Assembly: GCA_052327205.1 (NCBI GenBank)
Contig: CM126222.1
Coordinates: 53,506,001 to 53,570,000, forward strand
DNA length: 64,000 nt
Source: Somniosus microcephalus
Lineage: Eukaryota
Direction of reading: 5' to 3'
Both the position numbers and the translations under genes were made by a program. Positions 34,722-48,799 of the stretch are shown here, piece by piece. Every line of letters starts with the position of its first letter. Position 1 is the stretch's first letter. The notes below the pieces were generated by a model. The model worked only from the letters and a program-made list of their open reading frames with translations, was not told the DNA's origin and made no database searches.

Positions 34722-35670
34722 GTTCATAGAATCACAGAATAGTACAACACAGAAGGAGGCCATTCAGCCCATCGAGTCTGCACCGGCTCTTTTGAAAGGC
34801 AACCCAGTTAGTCCCACTCCCCCGCTCTTACCCCATATCCCTGCATTTTTTTCTCCTTCAAGTATTTATCCAATTCCCTTTTGAAGGCTACTATTGAATC
34901 TGTTTCCACCACCCTATCAGGCAGTGCATTCCAAATCCTAACCACTCGTTGCGTAAAACATTTTTCCTCATGTCGCCTCCGGTTCTTTTGCCAATCACTT
35001 TAAATCTGTGCCCTCTCATTAACGACCCTTCAGCCATTGGAAACAGTTTCTCTTTATTTAGTGGTGTCAGCCAGTGGCTCAGTGGGTAGCACCCTCGCCT
35101 CTGACTCAGAAGGTTGTTGGTTCAAGTGCCACTCCAGAGACTTGAGCACAAAAATCTAGGCTGACACTCCAGTGCAGTGCTGAGTAAGTTGTTGCATCGT
35201 TGGAGGTGCCGTCTTTCTGATGAGACGTTAAACCGAGGCCCCGTCTGCTCTCTCAGGTGGACGTATAAGATCCCATGGCACTATTTCGAAGAAGAGCAGG
35301 GAAGTTATCCGTGGTGTCCTGGCCAATATTCATCTATCAATCAGCATCACTTAAAAAAACCAGATTATCTGGTCATTATCACATTGCTGTTTGTGGGAGC
35401 TTGCTGTGTGCAAATTGGCTGCCACGTTTCCTACATTAAAACAGTGACTCCACTTCAAAAATACTTCACTGGCTGTAAAGCGCTTTGGGATATCCAGAGG
35501 CTGTGAAAGGTGCTATAGAAATGCAAGTCTTTCTTTCTATTTACTCTATCTAAACCCTTCATGATTTTAAACACCTCTATCAAATCTCCTCTTAGCCTTC
35601 TCTGCTCCAAGGAAAACAACCCCAGCTTCTCTCGTCTATCCATGTAACTGTAATCCCTCATCCCTGGAAC
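34722..35670 (-). mobile_element. CR1 3' fragment interrupted by a DeuSINE
   Basis: CATAGAATCACAGAAT tail at ~34725. The ORF2 remnant LEQRRLRGDLIEVFKIMKGLDRVN resumes at ~35538. Confidence 0.82.
35064..35537 (+). mobile_element. tRNA-derived DeuSINE, full length
   Basis: A box TGGCTCAGTGGG, B box GGTTCAAGTGCC, Deu core and tail. Reverse complement of 23380-23843. Confidence 0.85.
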
Positions 35671-35910
35671 TGGGTTGTGGGTTCAAGTCCAACTCAGGCT
35701 GATGAGAAGAAAGCAAATCTGTTGGCTGTGAGAGTCCTATGTGAAGTGAGCTTAGACAGTCTCAGTCAAGTTCTTTGTGATCATGGGCCTATAGACAGGA
35801 GTACCCATCCCCCAATGGTCTTGGAAGAGACCCCCTTTCTCGGAGTTGCTTTTGCTCCCCTTTCCCAATTCACTTGCTTCTTTCTCAATTAAATAATGGA
35901 AAAAAAAGTC

Positions 35911-36139
35911 TGACATGAATCTTGTCATTCATGTGGAAATTACTTATGAAATGATACTGGGCGGCCTGCTGGTGGCACTGTCCAGGGAGAGTATAAATAC
36001 TCGGGCATGGGCCCAGCTTGTTCAGGACATTCTTTAACAGGAACTAGTGAAGGACACAACTAGATCTCCATGTTGAAAAACAGTTGATTAAAGCCTTATT
36101 TAATACTTAGACCAAGTGCCTAGTAGTTTTCTTACGTCA
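35911..36139 (+). mobile_element. Solo LTR, family S1 copy 3
   Basis: TGAC...GTCA ends, TSD AAGTC/AAGGC (one mismatch). Very similar to the reverse complement of 8908-9136. Confidence 0.88.
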
Positions 36140-36564
36140 AAGGCTTCCCCCCACCACCCTCTCAAGAGCTCATGGAAGAGTTGCTCTATCTTGTTACCCC
36201 CTTGTAGGAACCCCTGCCTACAAAATAAAATTGCCCCTTTTTCAGCACTAATTAGCAATATCAGGAAGAAAGTTTGGTACGGCAAATGGAAAATGCTACA
36301 TTGGTAGTGGGTATGGTTGGGCTAGAATGAAGGGAGCTTTGTTCTGCGCTATACCTGACCTGGGAATGCTTGCAATGGAAAGTGCTCCATTACCAGCACT
36401 AAGAGCTCATACCTCAATAAGCTCACAAACTTTATACAGATATATCCCCAGTAGAGTCAAATACATTATTCTCAGCACCTCAGAAAAATGAACATTTGGT
36501 ACTTTAGCTTCTCTAAAGAATTCTATTGCAAACCCTGTTTCAAATACAAAGAAAGACTCATCAA

Positions 36565-36790
36565 TAAAAACAGAATATGCTGGAAATACTCAGCAGGTCA
36601 GGTAGTATCTGTGGAGAGTAAAACAGAGTTAACGTACCAACCAGGTCGATGACTAGTTCTGACGAAAGGTCATCGAACTGAAAAGTTAACTCTGTTTCTC
36701 TCTCCACAGATGCTGCCTGACCGACTGAGCATTTCCAGCGTTATCTGTTTTATTTCAGATTTCCAGCATTCGTAATAGCTCGTTTTTGAA
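36565..36790 (+). mobile_element. Palindromic Penelope-derived mini-element with a hammerhead motif
   Basis: Two inverted pLTR halves. The + strand has CTGACGA-AAGGTCATCGAACT-GAAA-AGTTAACTCT-GTTTC at ~36659-36698, the same family as 17455-17560. Confidence 0.78.
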
Positions 36791-36844
36791 AAACTTGACA
36801 AATTGGCTCTTTCTTTGTTAGAACAAAGATTACGGGCCAATATG

Positions 36845-37680
36845 GGTGGGAGAGGGTAGATAGGAGCAGACTGTTTCCAGTAGTCCAAGGGTCAAGAATG
36901 AGGGGCCCCAGATACAGGATTAACGGTAAGAGATGTAGAACACAGGGAAGAAGCAACTTCTTCACACAGAGAGTCATGAGGCTGCGGAACTTACTAAGAC
37001 GGCTAGTGGTTGAGGCAGAAACTATAGGTGGGAAGCCGGGGGGGTGGGGGTGGGGGTCACATGGGCTGCCCACCCAGGAGTCTCCGTGGGAGGCCCAGTC
37101 GATATTCCTTGCAGGGCCTCATTTATATCCCATTAGCCAGCTAGCTGCCAGGTGAAGATGGGGCAGCCCAGAGGCCACTCACCGGCACTCAGGCAAGCTG
37201 CAGGGCGCTGGGGTACGGCAGGGTCTTGCAGGTGAGGGGGAGCCCGGGGCAGCAGAGGTCCAACCTTTCCTTGTTGAGGCTGGAGGAGCACCTGGTGCCA
37301 CAAAGAGGAGTTTAAAACTTACCTTGTAGGCCAACCCCACTCAGTACACCATTAAAATGGAATCGGGGTCCGACGTATGTCATAGCACCCCAAACAACAT
37401 TAATGAGGCTTCCACTGGAGTCAGGTGACCACCTCGCCACTGGCAAAACCAGCAGAGTTAAACCTACACCAGGGCGGAAGTGGAGCGGCAAATAGAACCA
37501 CTCGATTTTAACTTCCTTTCTGCCCAGTTCCTGTCAGGTGGGGGAGTTAAAATTTCCCCTTTTATCGACGCTCACAATTAGGTCAAGTAGATGGATGAAG
37601 GAAAAGGGTTTGAAGGGATATGGGAACAGGGTGGGTTAACGTGATAAGAGCCATTTGCTCTCGTGGAGGAGGTTGGGCCC
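36845..37680 (+). mobile_element. Degraded CR1 3' end interrupted by a decayed GC-rich MITE-like insert (~37027-37560)
   Basis: RSNFFTQRVMRL remnant. The insert ends with GGGGAGTTAAAATTTCCCC. The CR1 tail resumes at ~37575. Confidence 0.55.
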
Positions 37681-37964
37681 ATTTGATGACTCATGGCACT
37701 GCTAAGAGGTAGTTTACAGCGCGGTTTCTGATTTCTACCACTGCTCTGATTTCGCAGAACTCCTGTTTTGCTTCGAAGCAGCATCATGCTGTGTTCCTAA
37801 CTATGATACTGGATGTGCTCCCAAGTGGTTCCAGGAGTCTTCATCAAGGAAGTAAACTGATGAATATTCATGATGGATACCAACATCACAGAGGGGAGTT
37901 ATACTCTACTCCCTGCCAAGTACAAGCAGTACGAGCTAAGTTCCTTATTTTGAATTCATTATCA

Positions 37965-38228
37965 GAATTTAGGCATCGCTGGAAAGGCCAGCATTTTTTG
38001 CCCATCCCCAGTTGCCCTGAGAAGGTGGTGGTGGACATTCTTTTGGTACAACTGAGTGGCTACCTAGGCCACATCAGAGGACAGTTAACAGTCAAAGACG
38101 TTGGTGTGGCACTAGAGTTACATATAGGCCACACTGGCTAAGGACGGCAGGTTTCCTCCCCTAAAGAACATTTGTGATCCAGCTGGATTTTTACCACAAC
38201 CCGACAGCTTCGCGATCACTTTTACTGA
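37965..38228 (-). repeat. SINE-like fragment sharing its 3' tail with the 10190/16180/21255 LINE family
   Basis: GGCATCGCTGG..GGCCAGCATTT..GCCCATCCC..TTGCCCTGAGAAGGTGGTGGTG, followed by an unrelated body. Confidence 0.5.
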
Positions 38229-40898
38229 AGTGGAGGTGTTGTTGCATGACATCGGTGTGAGGAGGGTAGTCCGGCCTCACACTCAGAGGACAGCAGTGCA
38301 GCCCGACAGAAAATGGTGATGAGGGTCAACCACTACCTGCAGACCAGAGAACAGATGTAGAAGTAACACACCTTAAGAAAGCTGCTAAAGTACCATTTAC
38401 TAGGCAGATGGCCCAAGTATACAAAGTATTACCTGTCAGCCTGTTGCACATTTAGAGCTGTTTCGTTTCAAGCCCTCCTACAACCTTATAGTTATTTTTA
38501 CAATAATCTACAGTTCTTTTGTCACTTATCATGTATACTGAAATACATCTTCAAAGTTTTTCACACATAAAATCATTGTTATAGGACATAGCTGCACAGT
38601 GCATAGCCACCTATTCAGAACCAGAATGGACTGCAGGTTAGGTGTATGTCTGTCATTGTGCATGTGCTCATTCGACTTACCATATGGCTTGACTACTGCC
38701 TCCACCACAAGATAATAAAAAGGGAACAGACATGAACTGGTGGAGGTCTCAGAAATGAAAATCGGCGACTCCCTTGGGGGAGGCTACCGTGAGCATCTTT
38801 GTAAAGAAGACCATTGATGGAGCAGAGGAAGGTGAGGCCATGGACCTTCCCCAAATGTGCCTTCTTTGACCTTGTACTGCTCGGCAACCAGGAAATACTG
38901 TATCTGTGGGGCTTTAAAACCAACCTCCATCATTAAATTTAATTGAATTGCTGACCACTATGAGATGCCCTTGCACTTGTGACTCCCTGACCACAACTGA
39001 AAGTTCAGCCTGCGAGAGCATGACCTTTTATTAACAAAACTCTTCCTGTCTGGAAGTCTTGTAGATGCTTCAATTGCAGTTAACTTTCCAATAAATTAGC
39101 AAACAATATTCAGTTCTTTTTCATTTACAAAAAACTTCCCCAACTGTTCTGAGAAAAAGGAAATCTCAAAATAAATTTTAAAAATGCAAAATCAGAATCA
39201 GAAAAAAATACATGAAATAAAAAGATCAAAATCGGTACTAGAAAACTGAAAATTCAGGTGTGATTGCAAAAAGTTTAAGTGATGTGTGTTTTAAAAGTGA
39301 ATCAACATTTTGAGGCTAATATTTTCTTGGACAACATGAAGCAAGGTGGGAGGAGGCTCATGTGGGGCACAAATACCAGCATAGACCAGCTGGGCCGAAT
39401 GGCCTGTTGCTGTGCTATATAATTCTATGTAACTTCATTTCACAAAGAGCTTCCCTTAGGCCCACTTCAGATGAACAAAGGAAGAACACGGTGTGATCTG
39501 TTCTAAACGGATGGAGAATCATCCTGCACTTAATTAAGATACATTTGAATACATAATGATATTGAAATGAATATCATTTCATGTGAGAGCACTTTAGGAT
39601 GGAGAGGCCAGAGGACAGCACACAGCACACGATGGTAGTGATCTCAGCCCAATTTCCCAGCCTATCGCTGGTTTTATTTTGCTGCCACCAGCCATGCCAG
39701 CTGAAAAATCTCCCCGGCTTTTCCTCAGGTTTTTTGTTTCCTACTTGACTGATTTTTTGGCTTGGTCGTCTCTTATTTTATTCCTCCATAATTACTTTAT
39801 TCTTCAATTTTACTTGATTTCAACAGAACTCTTCAGTTTTTGATACAATGATGTACATTTTTGAGCCAGCATCCAGCTTCTGTTACAAAAGCCAGTGGGA
39901 AAATTTCTGTACAGGATCTGGAAGTCACAGTGACAAACGGAATGTGGATATTTGGGTTTAGTTTGGAGGGGAAGGGGAAAGGGGGCTTTATTTACATCAG
40001 ATTGCTTGCTCTTGGTTTTTCCCAATAAGGTTCTCCATTAATTTTAAATCTCCTCTCCTGTGAACGTTTTGCAGTGTGACATTAGGCTTTGCAATAGTCC
40101 CAGTCCTCTATAATTGAATGGTGAGGGAAATTGCCATTTCCGCCAACTATACAATTAGTAAATACTGTTTTGTTAAGCAGTAAAGTAAATAGGCAATTAA
40201 GCCAGTTATTAAGGGATGAGATGGCTTGAAAGGCACCCGGGAACTATTTTCCGTCACTAAAGTAAACCTTAATTAGGGATGGTATTGAGGTATTTTTGAA
40301 CTAGGATTTAAGTACCTGAACTCTATTCGAAACTTGCTTACAACAAATCTGCAATGAGGCTCCTGCAGCACATCATTGAACTATTTTGTTACAGAAAATC
40401 ATTCCAAATTACTGTTAGGTGACAAGTGGGGAACTACCAAGTTTGTAAGCAAATTAAGAATTAAATAAAATTGCCCCAGCTTAAAAAGTATTTATGTTTG
40501 TAATTGGAACAATAACCAATATTTCATTGAAGTAAATGGCACTCTTTCAAATTCAGTAAGAGTCAAGATCATTTGGTAGGAGAAATGAGAAGGCCACATA
40601 CTCCTTGGAAAATAAAAGTCTAAATGGGATAGAGGAGCAAAGGGATCCAGGGGTGCAGATACATAAATCACTAAAAGTTGCAGGTTAATAAGGCCATAAT
40701 AAAAACAAACTGGGGTTCATTTCTAGAGGAATAGAATTGAAAAGCAGAGAAATTATGTTAAACTTGTATAGGACCTTGGTTAGACCACACGTGGAGTACT
40801 GTGCACAGCTCTGGTCTCCATATTATAAAAAGGATATAGAGGCACTGGAGATGGTGCAAAATAGAATTACAAGGATGATACCATAACTGAGAGGTTAT

Positions 40899-43800
40899 TG
40901 TTGTGTATGTACCTTTAAGAGAGAACTGCTTTTATACTGTAGTACCGGCAGTGACCACACCTGTATATAAAGCCATAGCAGGCTTCTGTACTTTCAGTTC
41001 CAGCATACCCTCTGTTCAGTAAACACCTGTTATTACCGTTCTCCTGCAGTCCGCGTGTTATTGATACGTGGACACTACAGTGGCGACGAGCAGGTTCGAA
41101 CTCACCTGCAGTACTGCATCACCTCACGGGGATCCATCCCTGAAAAGAAGCTTCTTGGAGGTCGAAGCCAGAGCAACGGGCGTCGACCATGGGCAACCGC
41201 CCAGTGATCCATCGGAGTTCAGTGAATCGCAGGGGAAGCTGTGGAGAGCTGGGCTTGGCTCCCCAGTCAAGGTGTTCCAGCAAATCGTGCTGGTAGCAGG
41301 TAGTGCGCTGACCCTTCCGGACTGCGGCGGGCTTGAGCTCGATCGAGCGGCTCTGCAAGGGGGCCGTGCAGCGTCGTCGGGAAGGAAAAGAGAGAGAGAG
41401 GGTGGCGCACACAGGGCGCGGTCGGTGCTCAAGAGCCGGGCAGCGTTAGAGAAAATAAAAAGAGGGGAAGGAAAAGAGACACGCAGTGGACAGCGTCGAA
41501 GAAAAATAAAACTATGGAATTTAACTAACAAAAGAGACGCGCCGAAGCCGCGGGGCGCCGCCATTACTATTTAGAACGCTAGGAGCAGCATTGGCAGCAA
41601 GGGGAAGAATGAAAAGCGCGGGAGGCGCTATTTTAATCCATTGGGGAAGAAGGAAAAGCGCGGGAGGCGCCATTTTAAACCACCCAAGATGCCGAAGAGT
41701 GGCAGTATCACTGCTTTCGACAACGAAATAGAAGACTGGACCACGTATGTGGAAAGAATTGAAGTGTACTGCAAGGCAAATGAGGTGGCCGATGAAAAGA
41801 AGGCGTCGGTATTATTAAATTTGATGGGCGCGAGAACGTACGGCCTATTGCGGAATTTAATTACCCCAGCTAAACCAATGGAGAAAAGCTTTGAAGAGAT
41901 TGTCAATATCTTACAGGAACATCTAAACCCTACACCGCTGCTGATAGCAGAAAGATTCAAGTTCCATAAAAGAAACCAGCACAAAGATGAGAGTAATGCT
42001 GACTATCTTACGGAACTACGCAAGTTATCGAAGCACTGCCAGTTCGGAGCAGGACTGGCAGATACCTTAAGGGATAAGTTTGTCTGCGGGCTCCAGAGTG
42101 AAGGAACCCAGAAACGACTACTTTCGGAAAAGGACCTTACGCTAGAAAAGGCTTTCAGCGTGGCAGTATCCTACGAAGCAGCAGCACGGGGAGCTGCGGA
42201 AATACAACAGAAACCGCAAGAATATAGCACCAACGAAATGGCATATGGAGCAGAAAAGTGCTATCGCTGCAGCAGAACAACCCATGACCAGAAGGACTGC
42301 TGGTTTAAGGACAAAGTATGCAGGCAATGTGGAAAAGCGGGACACATAGCACGAGTCTGCAGGTCGGGAAAGAAAACCAACACTAAAAGAACTACTAAGG
42401 AAAAGTACAAGAAAGTAAAAAAAATGACAGACAATAGTTCAGAAGATCAGGAGAGTGATAATGACTCTGGGAGCAGGAGCCTAAGTTGTCTAAAGTTACA
42501 CAACGTGATTGCAAAGGAGGATCACCGAACCATTTGGGTCACCCTCATGATAGCAGGGTCCCAAGTAAAGATGGAATTGGACACAGGATCAGCCCTAATG
42601 GTCAAGAATCGACGAGACTATGAGCGGCTATTCTCACACATACCTTTGAAGGACACGTCCATTGTATTGAAGACATATACGGGGCAAAAAGTCTACCCCA
42701 GAGGAAAAATAAGGGTGCCCGTTAAATACAACGGCAAGGAAACACAGAAACTGTATCTATATATACTACAAGATGGAGGACCACCATTATTGGGACGTGA
42801 ATGGATCCGAAAAATACAATTGGATTGGCATTCCATTCAGGCGCTAACTGTGGCTGACAAAAAGGATGACGACGTCACACCTGGACGACTGTCAAAAATC
42901 CTAACTGACGCGAAAGAGGTGTTCCAGCAAGGACTTGGGACTCTAAAAGGAGTAACGGCAATGATAAAAATTGAAGATAACGCAAACCCAAAATTTTTTA
43001 AGGCCAGACCGGTACAATACGCAATCGGCCCAGCCGTCGAAGCAGAGCTGGAGAGTCTGGAGCGTTCAGGTGTACTGTCCAAGGTGGACTGGAGCGAGTG
43101 GGCCACACCCATCATTCCTGTAATGAAGAAATCATTGAGCAGCACGCCTGGGGAGCCGAAGAAGGTTCGCATCTGTGGGGACTTTAAGGTAACTGTGAAG
43201 CCAGTCCTGCACACAGTACAATATCCACTTCCACGGATAGAAGATATTTTCGCCTCACTATCTGGAGGGAAATGCTTTACGAAGATTGATCTGGCCCAAG
43301 CGTATCTACAAATGGAGGTAGAAGAAGCATCTAGAAAATAAATCACGATAAACACTCACAAAGGTCTATACCAGTACAACCGACTGGTATTCAGGGTAGC
43401 ATCAGCTCCAGCTATTTGGCAGAGGGCGATGGAACAAGTCCTGCAAGGGATCCCGGGGACCCAGTGTTATTTGGACGACATCCTGGTTACGGGCGAAAAT
43501 GACAGTGAACACCTTGCCAACCTGGAGCAGGTGCTCACTAGATTACAAGAATATGGGCTACGAGCCAACTGCCACAAATGCGAGTTTTTCAGGAAACAAA
43601 TCTCGTATTGTGGCCACATGATTGATGAAGAGGGGTTACATAAGTCCCCAGGCAGTAGTCAAGGCTCCAGCACCGGAAAATGTGTCGCAACTGAGGTCGT
43701 TCCTCGGGTTGGTGAACTACTACCATAAGTTCTTGCCAAATTTATCTACAATTCTGCACCCACTGAATGCCCTGCTGCAAACTGGAGCAGCATGGAAATG

Positions 43801-45899
43801 GAGTGATGAGTGTAAGCGTGCCTTTCAGAAATGTAAATGCCTAATCACTACAATCCAACACTACCGATTCGGTTGGCATGTGATGCGTCTCCCTACGGCA
43901 TTGGAGCAGTGCTGTCACACAAATTCCTTGACGGTTCAGAGAGGCCAATAGCCTTTGCGTCGTGCTCGTTAACCTCAGCCGAGCGTAACTACACCCAGAT
44001 TGACAGGGAGGCCCTCAGCCTGGTGTGGGGGGTGAAGAAGTTCAATCACTATCTGCACGGGCAGAAATTCACCCTACTGACTGATCACCAGCCTCTTGTC
44101 TCCATTTTTAACCCAAAGAAGGGCATTCCGGTGATGACGGCGCAACGGTTGCAAAGATGGTCCCTTTTTCTAGGGGCACATCAATACGACATAGAGTACA
44201 AGGGTACGAAACAGCATGGAAACGCTGATGGGCTGTCGCGCCTGCCGTTGCCTACGGTGGAGGAAGCACCTGCAGTGGACCCTGTTGAGATATTCCATTT
44301 GACCATAGTCGAATGTCTACCTGTTACAAACTCAAGTATAGAGAAGGAAACCCAAAATGACCCGACACTCTCTCGGGTCTATGATTTGACGGTGAAGGGA
44401 TGGCCAGCACATGGCGACTCACTGTTGCCAGCATTCTCGCCAAGGAGAGAACAGCTGTCAGTGTGCCGGGGGACCTTGATGTGTGGATCCCGAGTGGTAA
44501 TTCCACCCAAGTTGAGAGATAGAGTGCTCAATGAGCTTCATGAGGGTCATCTGGGAGGGGTAAAAATGAAGAGCCTAGCCAGGGCGTTTGTGTGGTGGCT
44601 GGGAATTGATAAAAAAATCGAGGATATGACCAAGAGATGCACAGGATGCCAGAAAGTCCAAAACGCTCCACCACAAGCCCCGCTACACCCATGGGAGTGG
44701 CCCTCATCTCCATGGCAACGGGTACACATTGATTTTGCTGGTCCATTTATGGACTCAATGTTTTTAATCGCCGTGGATGCACATTCAAAATGGCCAGAGG
44801 TCATCAAAATGTCCTCCACCACCACGGAGAAAACTATTGCAGTCCTACAGACCATCTTCACCAGGAATGGCTTGCCAGAACAGATTTGCTCCGACAATGG
44901 ACCACAGTTTGTGTCCGAGGATTTCCGGAGGTTTTTGAGGAATAATGGGGTAAAACATTACACATCTGCCCCATATCATCCAGCCACAAATGGATTGGCT
45001 GAGAGGTTTGTTCAGACCTTTAAAAAAGCAATAAAGGCGATGTATAACGACAACATACCACTACAACACAAGGTGGGTAATTTCTTGTTTGCTTACCAGA
45101 ATGCGACACATGCAGTCACCAACCAAGCTCCAGCCATAATGTTCTTTAACCGAAGGTTAAGATGTCACCTGGATTTGCTCAAACCAAACATAAGACGAGA
45201 TGTTGAGGATAAGCAATTCCAGCACATCAATGAGAAGCCAACCAGGAGCTTCAAGATAGGGCAACCAGTCTTGGCCCGCGACTACCGAACAGAAAAATGG
45301 CAGCCAGGAACGATATGCACACAGCAGGGACCACTAATGTACACAGTGGACGTTGGAGAGAGCATTGTGAGACGCCATGCTGACCAGATTCTAGAGTCAC
45401 AGGAACAAGTCAAACCCATACCACGAGCATGCGCACCTGGTGATGAACCTGAAGTACAGATTGCGTCTACCTCAGAATCAGTGGTATTGGAAGCTGACAA
45501 ACCAACCAATGACAATGAGCCAGAATCGACTCCGCCGCAAGAACAGGATACTCGAGAAAGGCGCTATCCAGACAGGATCAGGAAGCCTCCTCAAAGACTG
45601 AATTTATAAATGATTACTTCAGTTGATGTATATAGTACAGAGAAAATTGTAATTGTAATTAGTTATTATTTAATTGTTAAATGAATGTTATGTACTGTTT
45701 ATCTAAAAGGGGAGGAATTGTTGTGTATGTACCTTTAAGAGAGAACTGCTTTTATACTGTAGTACCGGCAGTGACCACACCTGTATATAAAGCCATAGCA
45801 GGCTTCTGTACTTTCAGTTCCAGCATAGCCTCTGTTCAGTAAACACCTGTTATTACCATTCTCCTGCAGTCTGTGTGTTATTGATACGCGGACACTACA
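40899..45899 (+). mobile_element. Complete Gypsy (Mag-like) LTR retrotransposon G2
   Basis: 181-bp LTRs at 40899-41079 and 45719-45899 (5 differences by eye, 4 at CpG). TSD GTTAT. PBS TGGCGACGAG at 41081. PPT AAAAGGGGAGGAA at ~45705. Confidence 0.97.
41689..45609 (+). pseudogene. G2 gag-pol, disrupted
   Basis: Gag WTTYVER, ERFKF and twin CCHC; ELDTGS protease; IDLAQAY and YLDD RT; CDAS RNase H; HEGH..C..C, DFAGP, SDNG and NGLAER integrase. Stop at 43339-43341 and frameshifts near 43650 and 43845. Confidence 0.93.
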
Positions 45900-46478
45900 G
45901 TTATAACTATCAGGAAAGATTGAACAGGTGGTGGCTCTTTTCTCTAGAAAAGAGAAGGGTGACCTGATCAAGGTCTTTAAGATTATGAAAGGGGTTGATA
46001 GGGTAGATGTAGAGAAGATGTTTCCCCTTGTGGGGCAGACCATAACTATAAGATAGTCACTAATAAATCCAATAGGTAATTCAGGAGAAATTTCTTCACC
46101 CAGAGATTGGTTGGAATGTGGAACTCGCTACCGCAAGGTGTAGTTGAGGCAAATAGCATAGCTGTGCTTAAGGGGAAGCTATATAAACGAATGAGGGAGA
46201 AAGGAATATAAGGTTATGCTGACAGGGTTCGATGAAGAGGGGTGGGAGGAAGCTCGTGTGGAGCATAAACACCAGCATAAACTAGTTGGACCAAATGGCC
46301 TGTTTCTGTGCTGTACATGCTATGTAATTCTATGCAATTATGCAGCTGGCCAGAGCCAGTCTGTATTTCTTATTTTACAATTTCAGGGTCAAATGTTTGT
46401 TGGGCACTCTCTTCCAACTATCTCGGGGTAATGGGGTGGCTGAAGGGGGGAATGTGCATTAGCAGGTGCAGTGGTAGA

Positions 46479-46614
46479 TGTAATATATGTGGGTAGAACA
46501 AATGAAGGACAGAGACGCGATGAGTTGCTAGTCAAGGTGCTTGTTTACTAGGCCAGGGCGAACTGAACATGCTCGCACTAAACCATGTGACAAACCATGT
46601 GATAATACATTACA
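46479..46614. mobile_element. Very short (136-bp) solo LTR
   Basis: TGTAAT...ATTACA inverted ends flanked by the 5-bp TSD GTAGA. Confidence 0.75.
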
Positions 46615-48571
46615 GTAGATATAGTTATGACAGTTAAAATTTTAATTTAAATATGGGCCATTTGGTGGTGGCATTTAGGGACTTGTAAGAGACAAACATC
46701 ATAAATTAACAATTGAGTTGATGCACAGAGTGATCTGATTAAAAATGTATTGTTATATGGGAAAAGATCCCAAGGAACCATACACTCAATTTTTTGTAAA
46801 AATGTTGATTTTAACACTATTTGACTTAATAAAAGAACAGAGACTAATTCCTTTTCCTTGGTACTATGAGAATCTTTGCACGGTTAATAAAAAGGGGCTT
46901 AATTTCAATGATCTAGCATAGACCCTATTTGTAGGACTATCTCAGTACATTTTGATTTAGTTTTTTGAATAGATTTAGCTACTCTATTATCCACAAAGTG
47001 ATTTGTTCACTCTTGTTTACCATACAACTCATTCCCTAAATTCGGAAAATGTACCATGAGCAGAAAGAACTTTCCATTGAAATTTCTGCTAAATAAGACA
47101 TTTTTTCAACCACTTAAAAAGCTCCTTGTATTGCTAATTGTATACTGTGTAAACTAACACATCATTCTGATTCCTTTTCTGTCATCTAATTAAACACTTC
47201 ATTTTGGTGCAATATCACATTATGGCACCCAATTTTCTAATTTTAGCAAGTAGCTAATAAATAATCTACTCAGTCCTATGACATTAAAAAAAAACAATAC
47301 AAGGTCAGCAGAAATTTGGTTGACAGGCAAATTAGCTCCTGTTCCGCCTAAATAGGACAATGCTTAAAAGATCCCAACATGTGCATGAAGAACAAGCTTG
47401 AAGGGCCGTACGCCCTACTCCTGCTCTTAATTCTGTGTAATTCTCTACAATGCTGTAACGTCCAGTATTAGGATAATACGTCAACTCCAGCATCAGTCAC
47501 TTTCTTTCATGCACTAACGGGAGAAAAATCGGCGGAAAGCAAGAGGAAAAAGGTTAAAAGGAAAGTATATCACAAGTTTTCAAATCAATGGTAGGTAATA
47601 GAAAACCCTCATATCCCATATCTGTGTTACATCCATCACATCCTTTGAAAGAGGTAACAATAGATATAGCTTAAGGTTTAAACAACAAACTAGTATCTTC
47701 AATCATTTTTAGATGCCGTGACACTGAAAGAGCTTGAATGCAAGAAGACTACTTCAGTTACTGTTCTTTCTTCTTTAAGGATTACACCGCCTCCTTCTCC
47801 TTCATAAATTATTGTCGCTCTGCAATTACTGTTCACTTTGCAGAATAGGCCTCTACGGAGAACTTTCTTTCACCCTTAATTGTTCTGCCAGCACGACTCA
47901 CAGAAGCACTAGGGTGTCTGCAAAGTAAATAAATATGATGCTGTTTCAGGGTTTTGTGCTTTCAACAACACAAGAGTGACCTGCCCATATAAAGTTGAAA
48001 AGAGGTCTGATAAAAGACCGATTATTTTCCCTTTATCTTACATTTTGGTGCAGTTTTTCTGTGAATTCCTTTGTGCAGCATCTCAGCTGAAAGTATTTGG
48101 GTACAACTAAGCCCTGGACCTCGACATGTTTCAGCCCATTGTGTGTAATTGTTGTAACATTTGTTAGCGTTTGGCCCCAGAGCGGAGGTGGCCTCGTGTG
48201 AAATACGGTACGAATTTTATTCTAAAGCAACACCATCAAAACAGATCAATTGGTAATTGGTCCCATTGCTGTTTCTTGGACCTTGCTGTGTGCAAATTGG
48301 TTGCTGCCATTTATGTACAAAATGTACACAGTGACCACTTCAAGAGCCATTCATTGGCTGCGAAGCACTTTGCGATATCCCGAAGACCGCACTCCCAGCC
48401 ATTTGTGTATGGCAGCTGGGAGAACATCAAGATACCAGGGTGAACTATCAGGCTGCCATCAGCTGCTGGCAGTATTAAAGCTGTACCTGTATGTTTTTTT
48501 AATTTTAAATGGCTTGGGGCAGATACACCTGATTTCCAGATCAGCGATTGGAGGCCATACAGAAGAAGGTC

Positions 48572-48799
48572 TGACGTAATAAAACTCACTACGCACTTAG
48601 TTTGAGTATAAAGCAAGGCTTTAATCAACTTGTTTCAGAACATGGAGGTCTAGTTGTACTTCACTAGTTCCTGTCTTACAAAATGTCCCTGGGCAAGCTG
48701 GCCCACGCCCGAGTATTTATACTCCTCGGATGGCGCCACCAGCTGGCCATCCAGTGTTAATTCATGAGTAGTTTCTTAATGATGATGAGATTTATAACA
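48572..48799 (-). mobile_element. Solo LTR, family S1 copy 4
   Basis: TGAC...AACA ends and TSD AGGTC. Confidence 0.88.

Larger units (their letters stand above)
40555..46340 (+). mobile_element. CR1 3' portion split by Gypsy G2 (pieces ~40555-40898 and 45905-46340)
   Basis: Encodes LNLYRTLVRPHVEYCAQLW before the LTR and RRVT/RRNFFTQR remnants after it, with a CTATGTAATTCTATG tail. Confidence 0.82.

Noticed and set aside
47835-47917. PPIG/NKTR exon (SRAGRTIKG resembles SRSGRKIKG)
   Set aside because: The match is too short, is followed by unrelated residues and a stop, and no other exons were found.
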